Part shown: positions 46,505 to 57,065 of the stretch, piece by piece | Layout: each line of letters opens with the position of its first letter | How positions within the stretch are numbered: the stretch's first letter is position 1 | DNA from: Anaeromyxobacteraceae bacterium | GTDB lineage: Bacteria; Myxococcota; Myxococcia; Myxococcales; Anaeromyxobacteraceae | Reading direction: 5' to 3' | Length of the DNA stretch: 64,000 bases | Assembly (NCBI GenBank): GCA_032654565.1 | Contig: JAULAX010000018.1 | Span: forward strand, 96,001 to 160,000 | Translations under genes and position numbers: made by a program | The notes under the pieces: model-generated | What the model was told of the DNA's origin: nothing | Database searches by the model: none | Seen by the model: the letters and a program-made list of their open reading frames with translations, nothing else

Positions 46505-47899
46505 ATGAGCGCCACCCTCCTCATCATCGACGACGACGTCACCACCTGCCGCCTGATCAAGGCCATCTTCCGCGTCGAGGGGCTGGAGGTGGTGATGGCG
46601 CACGACGGCCCCTCGGGCATCGCCCTGGCCATCGCCCAGCGGCCGGACATCCTCCTCCTCGACCTGCGGATGCCCGGCATCGACGGGCTGGAGGTGCTCG
46701 CCAGGATCAAGAAGGAGCTCCCCGCCCTGCCGGTGGTGATGCTGACGGGGCAGAAGGAGGCCAGGACCGCCGTGAAGGCGATGCAGCTGGGCGCCTTCGA
46801 CTACCTGACCAAGCCGTTCGTCAACGAGGAGGTGGTGGTGGTGGTGCGGCGGGCGCTGCAGACCCGGGCGCTGCAGCTGGAGGTGGAGGAGCTCCGGCGC
46901 CGCGTGGGGACGGACGCCGGGCTGGCCGCGCAGATGGGTCCAGGGCCGCAGGTCAAGAACCTCGTCGAGCAGGTGAGGACCGTGGCCGGGACCAGCTTCA
47001 CCGTCCTGGTCTCCGGCGAGACCGGCAGCGGCAAGGAGCTGGTGGCGCAGGCCATCCACCGCGAGAGCGAGCGGCGCACCAAGCCGTTCATCGCCGTCGA
47101 CTGCGGGGCCATCCCCGAGCAGCTGCTCGAGTCGGAGCTGTTCGGCCACGAGAAAGGCTCGTTCACCGGCGCCGAGCGGAAGAAGCAGGGGCAGTTCCAG
47201 CTGGCCGAGGGGGGGACCTTCTTCCTCGACGAGGTGGGGAACCTGCCCATGAACCTCCAGGCCAAGCTGCTGCGGGTGCTGGAGTCGAGGCAGGTCCAGG
47301 CGGTGGGCGCCGACCGGTCGGCGGCGCTCGACGTCCGCTTCATCGCCGCCACCAACAACGACCTGCCGACGCGCGCCGCCGAGGGGCTGTTCCGGGCCGA
47401 CCTCTACTTCCGGCTGGCGCAGTACACCATCTCCATCCCGGCCCTGAGGGATCGACCGGGGGACATCCCCTCCCTGGCGCACCGCCTGCTCGCCGAGGCG
47501 AGCGTCGAGCTGCGGCGGCCGGTCCAGCAGATCGTGCCGGGCGCGCTCGAGCTGCTGGTGGCCCACCCCTGGCCCGGGAACGTGCGCGAGCTGCAGAACC
47601 TGATCCGCCAGGCGGTGCTGAAGACCAAGGACCTGATGATCGGCGTCGAGGTGGTGCGGGACCTGCTGGGAGGCCCCGGCCTCCGGCGACCGGTGGCGCA
47701 GGCCGCCGCGGCCGGCCTGTCCCTGCGCGAGATCGCCGCCGAGGCGGCCGGGGAGGCCGAGCGGAGCGCCATCTCCGAGGCCCTGCGCGCCGCCCGCGGC
47801 AACAAGAGCCAGGCGGCGCGGGCCCTGGGCACCGACTACAAGACCCTGCACCTCAAGCTGAAGCGGTTCGGCCTCCGCGCCCGTGACTTCATCCCCTGA
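46505..47899 (+). CDS. NtrC-family sigma54-dependent response regulator
   Basis: Receiver domain, GETGSGKE, GSFTGA, FLDEVG, WPGNVREL, Fis-type HTH. Confidence 0.95.
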   Translation: MSATLLIIDDDVTTCRLIKAIFRVEGLEVVMAHDGPSGIALAIAQRPDILLLDLRMPGIDGLEVLARIKKELPALPVVMLTGQKEARTAVKAMQLGAFDYLTKPFVNEEVVVVVRRALQTRALQLEVEELRRRVGTDAGLAAQMGPGPQVKNLVEQVRTVAGTSFTVLVSGETGSGKELVAQAIHRESERRTKPFIAVDCGAIPEQLLESELFGHEKGSFTGAERKKQGQFQLAEGGTFFLDEVGNLPMNLQAKLLRVLESRQVQAVGADRSAALDVRFIAATNNDLPTRAAEGLFRADLYFRLAQYTISIPALRDRPGDIPSLAHRLLAEASVELRRPVQQIVPGALELLVAHPWPGNVRELQNLIRQAVLKTKDLMIGVEVVRDLLGGPGLRRPVAQAAAAGLSLREIAAEAAGEAERSAISEALRAARGNKSQAARALGTDYKTLHLKLKRFGLRARDFIP

Positions 47900-48013
47900 C
47901 CCCCCGGCCCCCTCCACGGGCCGGGCGCCTTTCGCCTCGACGTTTTCCCGGTGCTGGGCTTTGATGGCCCCTCACCGCGCCCCCCGCCGTGCCCCCGACC
48001 GTTGGAGGTTGTC

Positions 48014-49204
48014 ATGCGCCACCTACGTGCAGCAGTCCTGATGACGATGGCGGTCTTCGCCGCCGCCTGCGAGAAGAAGGCGACCGTCGCGCCCACCGGC
48101 GCCGCCGCCCCCGCCCCCGCCGCCGCGGCCGCCGGCGACACCATCCTCATCGGCCACGTCGGCTCGCTGACCGGCGCCGAGGCCTCCTTCGGCGTCTCCA
48201 CCGAGAACGGCATCCGGCTCGCCATCGAGGACATCAACGCCAAGGGGGGCATCAAGGGGAAGAAGGTCGCGGCCAAGACCTACGACGACCAGGGCAAGCC
48301 GGAGGAGGCGGCGGTGGCCGCCACCCGGCTCATCACCCAGGACAAGGTGACGGTCCTCCTCGGCGAGGTGGCCTCGAGCCGCTCGCTGGCCATGGCCCCC
48401 ATCGCCGACGCCAACCAGGTGCCGCAGATCTCGCCCACCTCCACCAACCCCCGGGTCACCAAGGACGGCGACAAGGTCCGGCCCTTCGTCTTCCGGGTCT
48501 GCTTCATCGACCCCTTCCAGGGGACGGTGATGGCCAAGTTCGCCCGCGAGAACCTCAAGCTGAAGCGGGTGGCCATCCTGCGCGACGTGGGCAGCGACTA
48601 CTCGGTGGGGCTGGCCGACTACTTCAAGAAGAAGTTCGAGGAGCTGGGCGGCACCATCGTCAACGACCAGAGCTTCAAGGCCGGCGACCAGGACTTCAAG
48701 GCCCAGCTCACCACCATCAAGGGCAAGAAGCCGGAGATGATCTACGTCCCCGGCTACTACACCGACGTGGCCCTGGTGGCCCGCCAGGCCCGCGAGCTCG
48801 GCATCAAGATCCCGCTGGGCGGCGGCGACGGCTGGGACTCGGCCAAGCTCTACGAGATCGCCCAGGGGGCGCTGGACGGCTCCTACTTCTCCAACCACTA
48901 CACCGACGAGAACCCGGCCCCCCTCATCCAGGGGTTCGTGAAGCGCTACCGCGAGAAGTTCGGCGCCACCCCCGACTCGATGGCGGCGCTCGGCTACGAC
49001 GCCGCCCACGTGGCCTTCGACGCCATGGCCCGGGCCACCGACCTCTCCGGGCCGGCGGTCCGCGACGCCATCGCCGCCACCAAGGCCTTCCCCGGCGTGG
49101 GCGGGACCATCACCATCGACGCCGACCACAACGCCGTGAAGTCGGCGGTGGTGCTGGTCATCGAGAAGAACAAGGCCCGCTTCGTGGCCAGCGTCGATCC
49201 GTAA
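48014..49204 (+). CDS. livK: Branched-chain amino-acid ABC transporter substrate-binding lipoprotein
   Basis: Lipobox, IN.KGGI.G, FRVCFIDPFQG, GGDGWDS. Confidence 0.9.
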   Translation: MRHLRAAVLMTMAVFAAACEKKATVAPTGAAAPAPAAAAAGDTILIGHVGSLTGAEASFGVSTENGIRLAIEDINAKGGIKGKKVAAKTYDDQGKPEEAAVAATRLITQDKVTVLLGEVASSRSLAMAPIADANQVPQISPTSTNPRVTKDGDKVRPFVFRVCFIDPFQGTVMAKFARENLKLKRVAILRDVGSDYSVGLADYFKKKFEELGGTIVNDQSFKAGDQDFKAQLTTIKGKKPEMIYVPGYYTDVALVARQARELGIKIPLGGGDGWDSAKLYEIAQGALDGSYFSNHYTDENPAPLIQGFVKRYREKFGATPDSMAALGYDAAHVAFDAMARATDLSGPAVRDAIAATKAFPGVGGTITIDADHNAVKSAVVLVIEKNKARFVASVDP

Positions 49205-49210
49205 GGCCGC

Positions 49211-50167
49211 GTGACCGAGTTCCTCCAGCACCTCGTCAACGGCCTCTCGGTCGGGACCATCTACGCGCTGGTGGCGCTCGGCTACACCATGGTCTACGGC
49301 GTGCTGAAGCTCATCAACTTCGCGCACGGCGACGTCTACATGGTGGGGGCCTTCGCCGGCTACTACCTCTCCGACCTGGTCGGGGTGCGGCCGCCCTGGG
49401 CCGATCCCCCGCCGGGGGCCGGCGAGACCTTCATCAAGGCCACCATCGTCACCATGGGGGCGATGGTCATCTGCGGCGCCCTCGGCTACGTCATCGAGCG
49501 GTTCGCCTACCGGCCGCTGCGCCACCAGGCCCGGCTCACCGCGCTGATCACCGCCATCGGCGTCTCCTTCCTGCTGGAGTTCGGCTTCCAGCTCAGCCCG
49601 CTCATGCACACCCCCATCGAGTTCCCGCCCGGCCCCAGCCCGCGCGTCTTCCCGGCGCTGCTGGAGCGGACCGGCTACGAGTGGATGGGCGTCAGCCTCT
49701 CCAACTACGACGTCATCGGGTTGCTGGTGGCGCTGGGGCTGATGCTCGGCCTGCAGTTCATCGTCTACCGGACCCGCTTCGGCACCGCCATGCGCGCCGT
49801 CTCCTTCGACTCGCAGGTGGCCGGGCTGATGGGGATCCCGGTCAACCGGATCATCTCCTGGACCTTCGTGCTGGGGAGCGCCCTGGCCGCCGCCGCCGGC
49901 ATCATCAACGCCGTGTCGCGCCCGCGCATCGAGCCGCTCTTCGGGCTGATGGCGGGCCTGAAGGCCTTCGTGGCGGCGGTGCTGGGCGGCATCGGCAGCG
50001 TGCCGGGGGCCATGGTGGGGGGGCTGGTGCTGGGGCTGGCCGAGGAGTACGTGGCCGGCTACACCGACTCCTCCTACCGCGACGCCATCGCCTTCTCGGT
50101 GCTGATCCTGGTGCTGCTGGTGCGGCCGGCCGGCCTCTTCGGCCGGCTCACCGTGGAGAAGGTCTAG
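49211..50167 (+). CDS. livH: Branched-chain amino-acid ABC permease
   Basis: ALGYTMVYGVLKLINFAHG, KAFVAAVLGGIGS. Confidence 0.93.
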   Translation: MTEFLQHLVNGLSVGTIYALVALGYTMVYGVLKLINFAHGDVYMVGAFAGYYLSDLVGVRPPWADPPPGAGETFIKATIVTMGAMVICGALGYVIERFAYRPLRHQARLTALITAIGVSFLLEFGFQLSPLMHTPIEFPPGPSPRVFPALLERTGYEWMGVSLSNYDVIGLLVALGLMLGLQFIVYRTRFGTAMRAVSFDSQVAGLMGIPVNRIISWTFVLGSALAAAAGIINAVSRPRIEPLFGLMAGLKAFVAAVLGGIGSVPGAMVGGLVLGLAEEYVAGYTDSSYRDAIAFSVLILVLLVRPAGLFGRLTVEKV

Positions 50168-51225
50168 TGGCGGCGCTGCGGCAGGTGCTCCGCTCCTTCC
50201 TGCCCTTCCTGGTCGGCCTCCCGGTGCTCACCGGGTTCCAGTGGGCGCTGCAGGCGGCCGGCTCGCAGGCCTACACGCTGCTGCTGGTCACCGTGGGGGT
50301 GAACGTCATCCTGGCGGTCTCGCTCAACGTGGTGAACGGCGCCACCGGGCAGTTCTCGCTCGGCCACGCCGGCTTCATGGCGGTGGGGGCCTACACCGCC
50401 GCCAAGATCACCCTGGCGCTGGCCGGGATGAAGCTCTCCTTCCTGCCCGAGGCGGTCTCCGACCAGCTCTTCTTCGCGCTGGCGCTGGCGGCCGCCATGG
50501 CCGCGGCCGGGCTGGCCGGCGTGCTGGTCGGCCTGCCCTCGCTGCGGCTGCAGGGCGACTACCTGGCCATCGTCACCCTCGGCTTCGGCGAGATCATCCG
50601 CTCGGTGATCGAGAACATGCCCTCGCTGGGGCAGGCCACCGGCCTCTCCGGCCTGCCGCTCCGCACCAACCTGGTCTGGGTGGGGGTCTCGGCGCTGGCC
50701 ACCGTGGTGATGGCGCGGCGGCTGGCGGTCTCCACCCAGGGGCGGGCCCTCTTCGCCATCCGCGAGGACGAGGTGGCGGCCGAGGCCATGGGCGTCGACA
50801 CCACCGGCTACAAGGTGCGGGCCTTCGTGATCTCGGCGGCCTACGCCGGGCTGGCCGGGGCCCTCATCTCCCACGCCATCCTGCTGGCCACGCCGCGGAT
50901 GTTCACCTTCGTCCGCTCCATCGAGGTGGTGGTGATGATCGTGCTGGGCGGCCTCGGCTCGATCACCGGGGCCGTGCTCTCGGCGGTGGTCCTGACCCTG
51001 GGGCTGGAGGCGCTGCGCGAGTTCCAGGCCTACCGGATGGTGGTCTACGCGGCGCTGCTCATCGTCCTGATGCTGCTCCGGCCGCAGGGGATCTTCGGGA
51101 CCCACGAGCTCTGGGACCTGCCGCTCTTCAGGCGCCGCCGCGCGCCGGCGCCCCCGGGGGCCGGGGGCGGCGCGGCCGGTGGACCGGTGCTGCCGGGCGC
51201 CGCGGGCGCGGGGGGCGGGTCGTGA
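50167..51225 (+). CDS. livM: Branched-chain amino-acid ABC permease
   Basis: GQFSLGHAGF, GDYLAIVTLGFGEI, AIREDE. Confidence 0.92.
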   Translation: MAALRQVLRSFLPFLVGLPVLTGFQWALQAAGSQAYTLLLVTVGVNVILAVSLNVVNGATGQFSLGHAGFMAVGAYTAAKITLALAGMKLSFLPEAVSDQLFFALALAAAMAAAGLAGVLVGLPSLRLQGDYLAIVTLGFGEIIRSVIENMPSLGQATGLSGLPLRTNLVWVGVSALATVVMARRLAVSTQGRALFAIREDEVAAEAMGVDTTGYKVRAFVISAAYAGLAGALISHAILLATPRMFTFVRSIEVVVMIVLGGLGSITGAVLSAVVLTLGLEALREFQAYRMVVYAALLIVLMLLRPQGIFGTHELWDLPLFRRRRAPAPPGAGGGAAGGPVLPGAAGAGGGS

Positions 51226-52033
51226 GCGACGCCGCGCTGGAGGTGAGCGGCGTCACCATGCGCTTCGGGGGGCTGAAGGCGCTGGCCGACTTCAACCTGG
51301 CGCTGCGGCCGGGCGAGCTGGTGGGGCTGATCGGCCCCAACGGCGCCGGCAAGACCACCGCCTTCAACGCCATCACCGGCGTCTACCAGCCCAGCGAGGG
51401 CGAGGTCCGGGTCTGCGGCGAGCGGGTCAACGGCCGGCGCCCCCACCAGATCTGCGCCAGCGGCGTGGCCCGGACCTTCCAGAACATCCGGCTCTTCCGC
51501 GAGCTGACCGCGCTCGACAACGTCCGGGTGGCCTGCCACGCCCGCGCCACCAGCGGCTTCTTCGACGCCCTGCTGCTCACCGGCCGCCACCTGCGCGAGG
51601 AGGCGCGCATCCTGGCCCGCGCCGAGGAGTACCTGGAGGTGATGGGGCTCTCGCAGCGGCGCGACGAGCTCTCGCGCAACCTCCCCTACGGCGAGCAGCG
51701 CCGGCTGGAGATCGCCCGGGCCCTGGCCACCGGCCCCCGGGTGCTCTGCCTCGACGAGCCGGCCGCCGGCATGAACGCCGCCGAGAAGGTGGAGCTGATG
51801 GAGCTGATCCGGTCGATCCGCGACCGCTTCGGCATCGCCATCCTGGTCATCGAGCACGACATGCGGCTGGTGATGGGCGTCTCCGAGCGGCTGCTGGTGC
51901 TCGACCACGGGGTCACCATCGCCGCCGGCACCCCGGCCGAGGTGCGGGCCAACCCCAAGGTGATCGAGGCCTACCTGGGCGACGCCTACCTGGAGGAGAA
52001 GCAGATGGCCGTGCCGGTCCCGGGGGGCTCGCC

Positions 52034-52037
<4 letters not shown>
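51222..52037 (+). CDS. livG: ABC ATPase
   Basis: GPNGAGKTT, RTFQNIRLF, LPYGEQRRLEIARAL. Confidence 0.93.
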
Positions 52038-52750
<713 letters not shown>

Positions 52751-52784
52751 GCCGCGCCCGCCCCGCCCCGCCCCGAGCCGCGCC

Positions 52785-53675
52785 GTGACCACCCCCGCCA
52801 GCCGCCAGCAGTCGTTGGGCGTGGCCGCGGCGGCGGCGGCCTACCTGATCTGGGGGCTCTTCCCGCTCTACTTCCACGCGCTCCAGGGCGTTCCGGCCGG
52901 CGAGGTGCTGGCCCACCGGGTGGCCTGGAGCGCGCTCTTCATGGCGGCGCTGGTCACCGGGCTGCGCCGCTGGCCCACGGTGCTGGTCCAGCTGAGGCGC
53001 CCCGGGGCGATGCGGACGCTCACCGCCAGCGCGCTCTTCATCTCCACCAACTGGCTGGTCTACATCTGGTCGGTGCAGTCGGGGCGGGTGCTCGAGGCCA
53101 GCCTGGGCTACTTCATCACCCCGCTGGTCTCGGTGCTGCTCGGCGTGGTCTTCCTGCGCGAGCCGCTGAGCCGGCGGCAGGTGGCGGCGGTGCTGCTGGC
53201 GGCGGCCGGCGTGCTCTGGCTGGTGGTCCGGGCGGGGAAGGTGCCCTGGGTGTCGCTGACGCTGGCCGGCTCGTTCGGGCTCTACGGGCTGCTCCGCAAG
53301 CAGCTGGCGGTGGACGCCATCGCCGGGCTGCTGGCCGAGGTGGCGGTGCTGGCGCCGCTGGCGGTGGCCTGGCTGGCCTGGCTCTGGTGGCGCGGGGAAG
53401 GCCACCTGCTCGGCGCCGGGCCGGCCATCACCACGCTGCTCCTGCTGACCGGCGTGGTGACGGCGGTGCCGCTGCTGCTCTTCGCGGTGGGGGTGCGGCG
53501 GCTCACCCTGGCCACCGTGGGGCTGCTGCTCTACGTCAACCCCACCACCCAGTTCGCCCTGGCGGTGTGGCGCTTCGACGAGCCCTTCACGGCGGCGCAC
53601 GCCGTCGCCTTCGGGTGCATCTGGGTGTCACTGGCCGTGTACAGCAGCGAGGCGCTGCTGCGACGGTCGAGCTAG
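52785..53675 (+). CDS. rarD: EamA-family transporter RarD
   Basis: WGLFPLY, EASLGYFITPL, YGLLRK, YVNPT. Confidence 0.9.
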   Translation: MTTPASRQQSLGVAAAAAAYLIWGLFPLYFHALQGVPAGEVLAHRVAWSALFMAALVTGLRRWPTVLVQLRRPGAMRTLTASALFISTNWLVYIWSVQSGRVLEASLGYFITPLVSVLLGVVFLREPLSRRQVAAVLLAAAGVLWLVVRAGKVPWVSLTLAGSFGLYGLLRKQLAVDAIAGLLAEVAVLAPLAVAWLAWLWWRGEGHLLGAGPAITTLLLLTGVVTAVPLLLFAVGVRRLTLATVGLLLYVNPTTQFALAVWRFDEPFTAAHAVAFGCIWVSLAVYSSEALLRRSS

Positions 53676-53694
53676 CGCCCACTCGCCGGGCCAC

Positions 53695-54456
53695 TCAAGG
53701 CTGGCTGGCCGGCCCGCCGAGCGCCGCCCGCATCCCGGCGGCGGCCTGGGCCATGGCCTCGGCCCCGCGCTCCAGCTTGAAGGGGCCGGAGCGGGTGAGG
53801 CCGTGGAGGGCGACGGCGACCAGGCCGGGGCGGTCGGGGACGGCGAGCGCCGGGCTGCCGGCGCGGCGCCACGGGGAGCGCGAGGTGAGGTGGTGGTAGA
53901 GGAGGCGCGGCGGAGGCTCGCCGGGCCCGGCCACGGGCGCGCCGGCCAGGCCGTGGCGGTCGGCGACGCCGCCGTCGAGCAGCCAGCGCCCGCCCAGCCG
54001 GACCGGCTGGAAGAGGAAGGGGACGGCGCTGGAGGCCTGGATGGCCGGGGCCAGCGGGCCGTGCCGGAGGACCACCGTCTGGCGGGCCAGCGGGTCCCAG
54101 GCGGAGACGGCAAGTGGCCGAGAACAGGCCTCGAATGTCCTGACCGGGAGTAATTCATCGAGCCGGGTCCGGAAGCGGCCTCCCCGCAGCAAACCGAGCC
54201 CCAAACGGGGGTCCCAGAAGTCGCCGCGGCGGAGGGCGAGCAGCCGCTCGCGGATGACGGCGGCCGGGAGCCCGGCGGCGAAGAGGCCGCCCACCAGCGC
54301 CCCCGCCGAGGAGCCGCAGAGCGCCGAGGGGAGCAGGCCCTCGTCCTCCAGGACGCCGAGCACCCCGGCGTGGGCGAAGAAGCCGAAGAAGCCGGAGGAG
54401 AGGGCCAGCGTGTACGGGCCGGCCGCCAGCCACTCACGCAGCGTGCGCGTCGCCAT
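53695..54456 (-). CDS. Patatin-like phospholipase
   Basis: [17 protein letters not shown] nucleophile, DGG motif. Confidence 0.88.
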   Translation of the reverse strand: MATRTLREWLAAGPYTLALSSGFFGFFAHAGVLGVLEDEGLLPSALCGSSAGALVGGLFAAGLPAAVIRERLLALRRGDFWDPRLGLGLLRGGRFRTRLDELLPVRTFEACSRPLAVSAWDPLARQTVVLRHGPLAPAIQASSAVPFLFQPVRLGGRWLLDGGVADRHGLAGAPVAGPGEPPPRLLYHHLTSRSPWRRAGSPALAVPDRPGLVAVALHGLTRSGPFKLERGAEAMAQAAAGMRAALGGPASQP

Positions 54457-55684
54457 CGGCCCCCTCCGGTGCCAGGCGGCGGAGGCGTCGCAGCGCCGGG
54501 GAGCGCCAGGCCACCAGCGCCACCGTCACCAGCGTCAGGGATCCGCCGAAGAGGATGGACGGGACCACGCCGAGGAAGCGCGCCGCCACGCCGCTCTCGA
54601 AGGCCCCCAGCTCGTTCGAGGAGCCGATGAAGAAGCTGTTGACGGCCGCCACCCGCCCCATCATCTCCTGCGGCGTCCAGAGCTGCACCAGCGTGCCCCG
54701 CAGGATCACCGAGACCCCGTCGAGCGCGCCGCCCACGGCCAGCAGCGCCAGCGAGAGGGCGAAGGAGCGGGAGAGGGCGAAGGCCATCCAGCTCAACCCG
54801 AAGCCGGCCACGCACCAGAGCAGGACGCGGCCGGCGCGATCGAAGGAGCCGAAGCGGGCCAGCAGCAGCGCCATGACGATGGAGCCGAAGGCCGGCGCGG
54901 CCCGCAGGAAGCCGAAGCCGACCTCCCCCACCGCGAGGATGTCGCGGGCGAACACCGGCAGCAGGGCCACGGCGCCGCCGAAGAGGACGGCGAAGAGGTC
55001 GAGGCTGAGGGCACCGAGCAGGATGGGCTGGGCGAAGACGAAGCGGATCCCCTCGGAGAGGCCGGCGCCGATGGTGCCGCCGCTGGCCGGCTGCCGCGGG
55101 CGCGGCGCGATGGTGGCCATCAGGAGCAGGCCGACCGCCGAGAGGACCACCACCACGGCGTAGGCGAGGCGGGGGCCGCCGAGCGCGATCAGGCCGCCGC
55201 CCACGGCCGGGCCGAGCACCATGGCGGCGTGGAAGAGCGAGGAGCGCCAGGAGGCGGCGTTCTGGTAGTGCTCGCGGGGGACCAGCTCGGTGCCGAGCGC
55301 GGCCGAGGCGGGGCGGAAGAAGGCGCGGCCGACGCCGGCCAGGACCTGGGCGCCGTAGAGCGGGAGCACCGGCCCGGGCGCGCCCAGCGAGAGCAGCAGG
55401 AGGGCGAGGCCGGAGAGGCCGACGGCGCCGAAGGAGAGGAGGGAGATGCGGCGGCGGTCGGTCCGGTCGGCGGCCCAGCCGCCCACCAGCGTCAGGGCCA
55501 GGAAGGGGACGGCCTCGGCCAGGCCGACCAGGCCGAGCGCGAAGGGGTCGTTGGTGAGGATGTAGACCTGCCAGCCGAGCACGGCGCTCTGGATCTGCGT
55601 GGCCACGAAGATGGCGGTCATGGCCGCCAGGAAGGCGCGGTACTCCACGAAGCGGAGCGAGGCGTAGGGGTCGGCGGGGCGCAG
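54434..55684 (-). CDS. MFS transporter (start uncertain)
   Basis: [39 protein letters not shown]; ~12 TM helices. Confidence 0.88.
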   Translation of the reverse strand: MRPADPYASLRFVEYRAFLAAMTAIFVATQIQSAVLGWQVYILTNDPFALGLVGLAEAVPFLALTLVGGWAADRTDRRRISLLSFGAVGLSGLALLLLSLGAPGPVLPLYGAQVLAGVGRAFFRPASAALGTELVPREHYQNAASWRSSLFHAAMVLGPAVGGGLIALGGPRLAYAVVVVLSAVGLLLMATIAPRPRQPASGGTIGAGLSEGIRFVFAQPILLGALSLDLFAVLFGGAVALLPVFARDILAVGEVGFGFLRAAPAFGSIVMALLLARFGSFDRAGRVLLWCVAGFGLSWMAFALSRSFALSLALLAVGGALDGVSVILRGTLVQLWTPQEMMGRVAAVNSFFIGSSNELGAFESGVAARFLGVVPSILFGGSLTLVTVALVAWRSPALRRLRRLAPEGADGDAHAA

Positions 55685-55698
55685 GCGGGAGGGATGGT

Positions 55699-55733
55699 GC
55701 GGGGGGCGGGCCGTGCGGTCAAGCCCGCGCTCT
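55699..55733 (+). repeat. 35-bp direct repeat, left copy
   Basis: GCGGGGGGCGGGCCGTGCGGTCAAGCCCGCGCTCT, identical to 57066-57100. Confidence 0.95.
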
Positions 55734-55868
55734 ACGCCTCCCGCCTCCCGTCCCAGCGCCTCCCGTCCCAGAGTAGTTCGGCGTAGTTCGGCGGACCAAG
55801 GTCCGCGGGACGGCCGGGGTGGGGTGGGCGGCGGTGAGGCAAGTGGCCGGAATCGCGAGCGGAGGCAT

Positions 55869-55883
55869 TGGCACGGGTCCTGC
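55869..55883 (+). promoter_or_regulatory. Candidate sigma54 promoter of the transposase
   Basis: TGGCACGGGTCCTGC versus consensus TGGCACG-N4-TTGC, 16 nt before ATG. Confidence 0.55.
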
Positions 55884-55899
55884 GATGTAGCCCCAGGCC

Positions 55900-56802
55900 A
55901 TGACCGCGCCACGCCAGGTGCTCCCGGGCACCACCTACCTCATCACCCGCCGGTGCCTGAACCGGCAGTTCTTCCTGCGCCCCTCGAAGGCCACCAACCA
56001 GCTCGTCGGCTTCCTCCTCGCCGTCGCCGCCGAGCGCTTCCACGTCGAGGTCCACGCCTTCTGCGTGATGTCCAACCACCTCCACCTCGTGGTCACCGAC
56101 CCCGACGCCTGCCTCCCCGCCTTCGGCAGGTTCCTCGACTCGCTCATCGGCCGCTCCATGAACGCCATGCTGGGGCGCCAGGAATACTTCTGGGGGCCGC
56201 CCACCTTCAGCGCCGTCGCCCTGCAGTCCCCGGCCGACGTCCTCGACAAGGTCGCCTACACCCTCGCCAACCCGGTCAAGGCCGGCCTGGTCCGCCGCGG
56301 ACGGCTCTGGCCGGGGCTCTGGTCCGCCCCGGACCAGATGGGCGCCGCGCCCCTCGAGTTCACCAGGCCCTCCTCCTTCTTCCGGCGGGCCGGCCAGGGG
56401 TCCCTTCCCGACCGGGCCTCCCTGCGGCTCGTCATCCCCACGGGCTTCGACTCTCCGGCCCACTTCCGCCGCTCCCTCCACGCCGCCCTCGCCGACCGGG
56501 AGCAAGCCGCCTCTGCCCACCTCGCCTCGCGCGGGCGTGGCTTCCTCGGCGTCCAGCGCGTGCTCGCACAGCGCCCCTTCGACAGGCCTCCCACCAGGGA
56601 GCCCCTCGGAGGGCTCAACCCGCGCGTCGCCAGCCACGACACCTGGCGTCGCGTCCAGGCCCTCCGCGCCCTCGGCTCCTTCATCCAGGACTACCGCCGC
56701 GCCTTCGACCGCTGGCGGGCCGGCTCCTCCGGCGTCCTCTTCCCCGCCGGCACCTACCTCATGCGCGTCCTCCACCGCGCCCCCTGCCTCGCCCCTGGCT
56801 GA
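55900..56802 (+). CDS. REP-associated tyrosine transposase-like (Y1 HUH) protein with a C-terminal extension
   Basis: YLITRRC, FCVMSNHLHLV (HUH), YTLANPVKAGLV (catalytic Tyr). Confidence 0.88.
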   Translation: MTAPRQVLPGTTYLITRRCLNRQFFLRPSKATNQLVGFLLAVAAERFHVEVHAFCVMSNHLHLVVTDPDACLPAFGRFLDSLIGRSMNAMLGRQEYFWGPPTFSAVALQSPADVLDKVAYTLANPVKAGLVRRGRLWPGLWSAPDQMGAAPLEFTRPSSFFRRAGQGSLPDRASLRLVIPTGFDSPAHFRRSLHAALADREQAASAHLASRGRGFLGVQRVLAQRPFDRPPTREPLGGLNPRVASHDTWRRVQALRALGSFIQDYRRAFDRWRAGSSGVLFPAGTYLMRVLHRAPCLAPG

Positions 56803-57065
56803 CTCACCACCCCGTCAGCTTCCCCCACTCAGCCTCGTCACCACGTCAGTCGTCTCCGGCCGCGGTCGGGGACTGCCTGGGGACGGCCGAAGGCGCCGCA
56901 CGACTGGTGGCTGGATGACATCCGGGCACCTCTGAGTCCTGCTTGGATGCCTCCCGTATCCGACTGGGCGACGCCTCCGGACCCTGCGGCCGGAATCCCT
57001 CCCCGGCAGCCGGGTCCACGAGCGAGTTGACTCGAATCTTGGCGAACTACTCTCGGTCGGGATTC

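Larger units (their letters stand above)
55734..57065 (+). mobile_element. RAYT/Y1-transposase element with inverted GTAG-hairpin ends
   Basis: Bounded by 35-bp direct repeats; AGAGTAGTTCG (55770-80) inverted as CGAACTACTCT (57042-52), each next to a hairpin. Confidence 0.7.
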
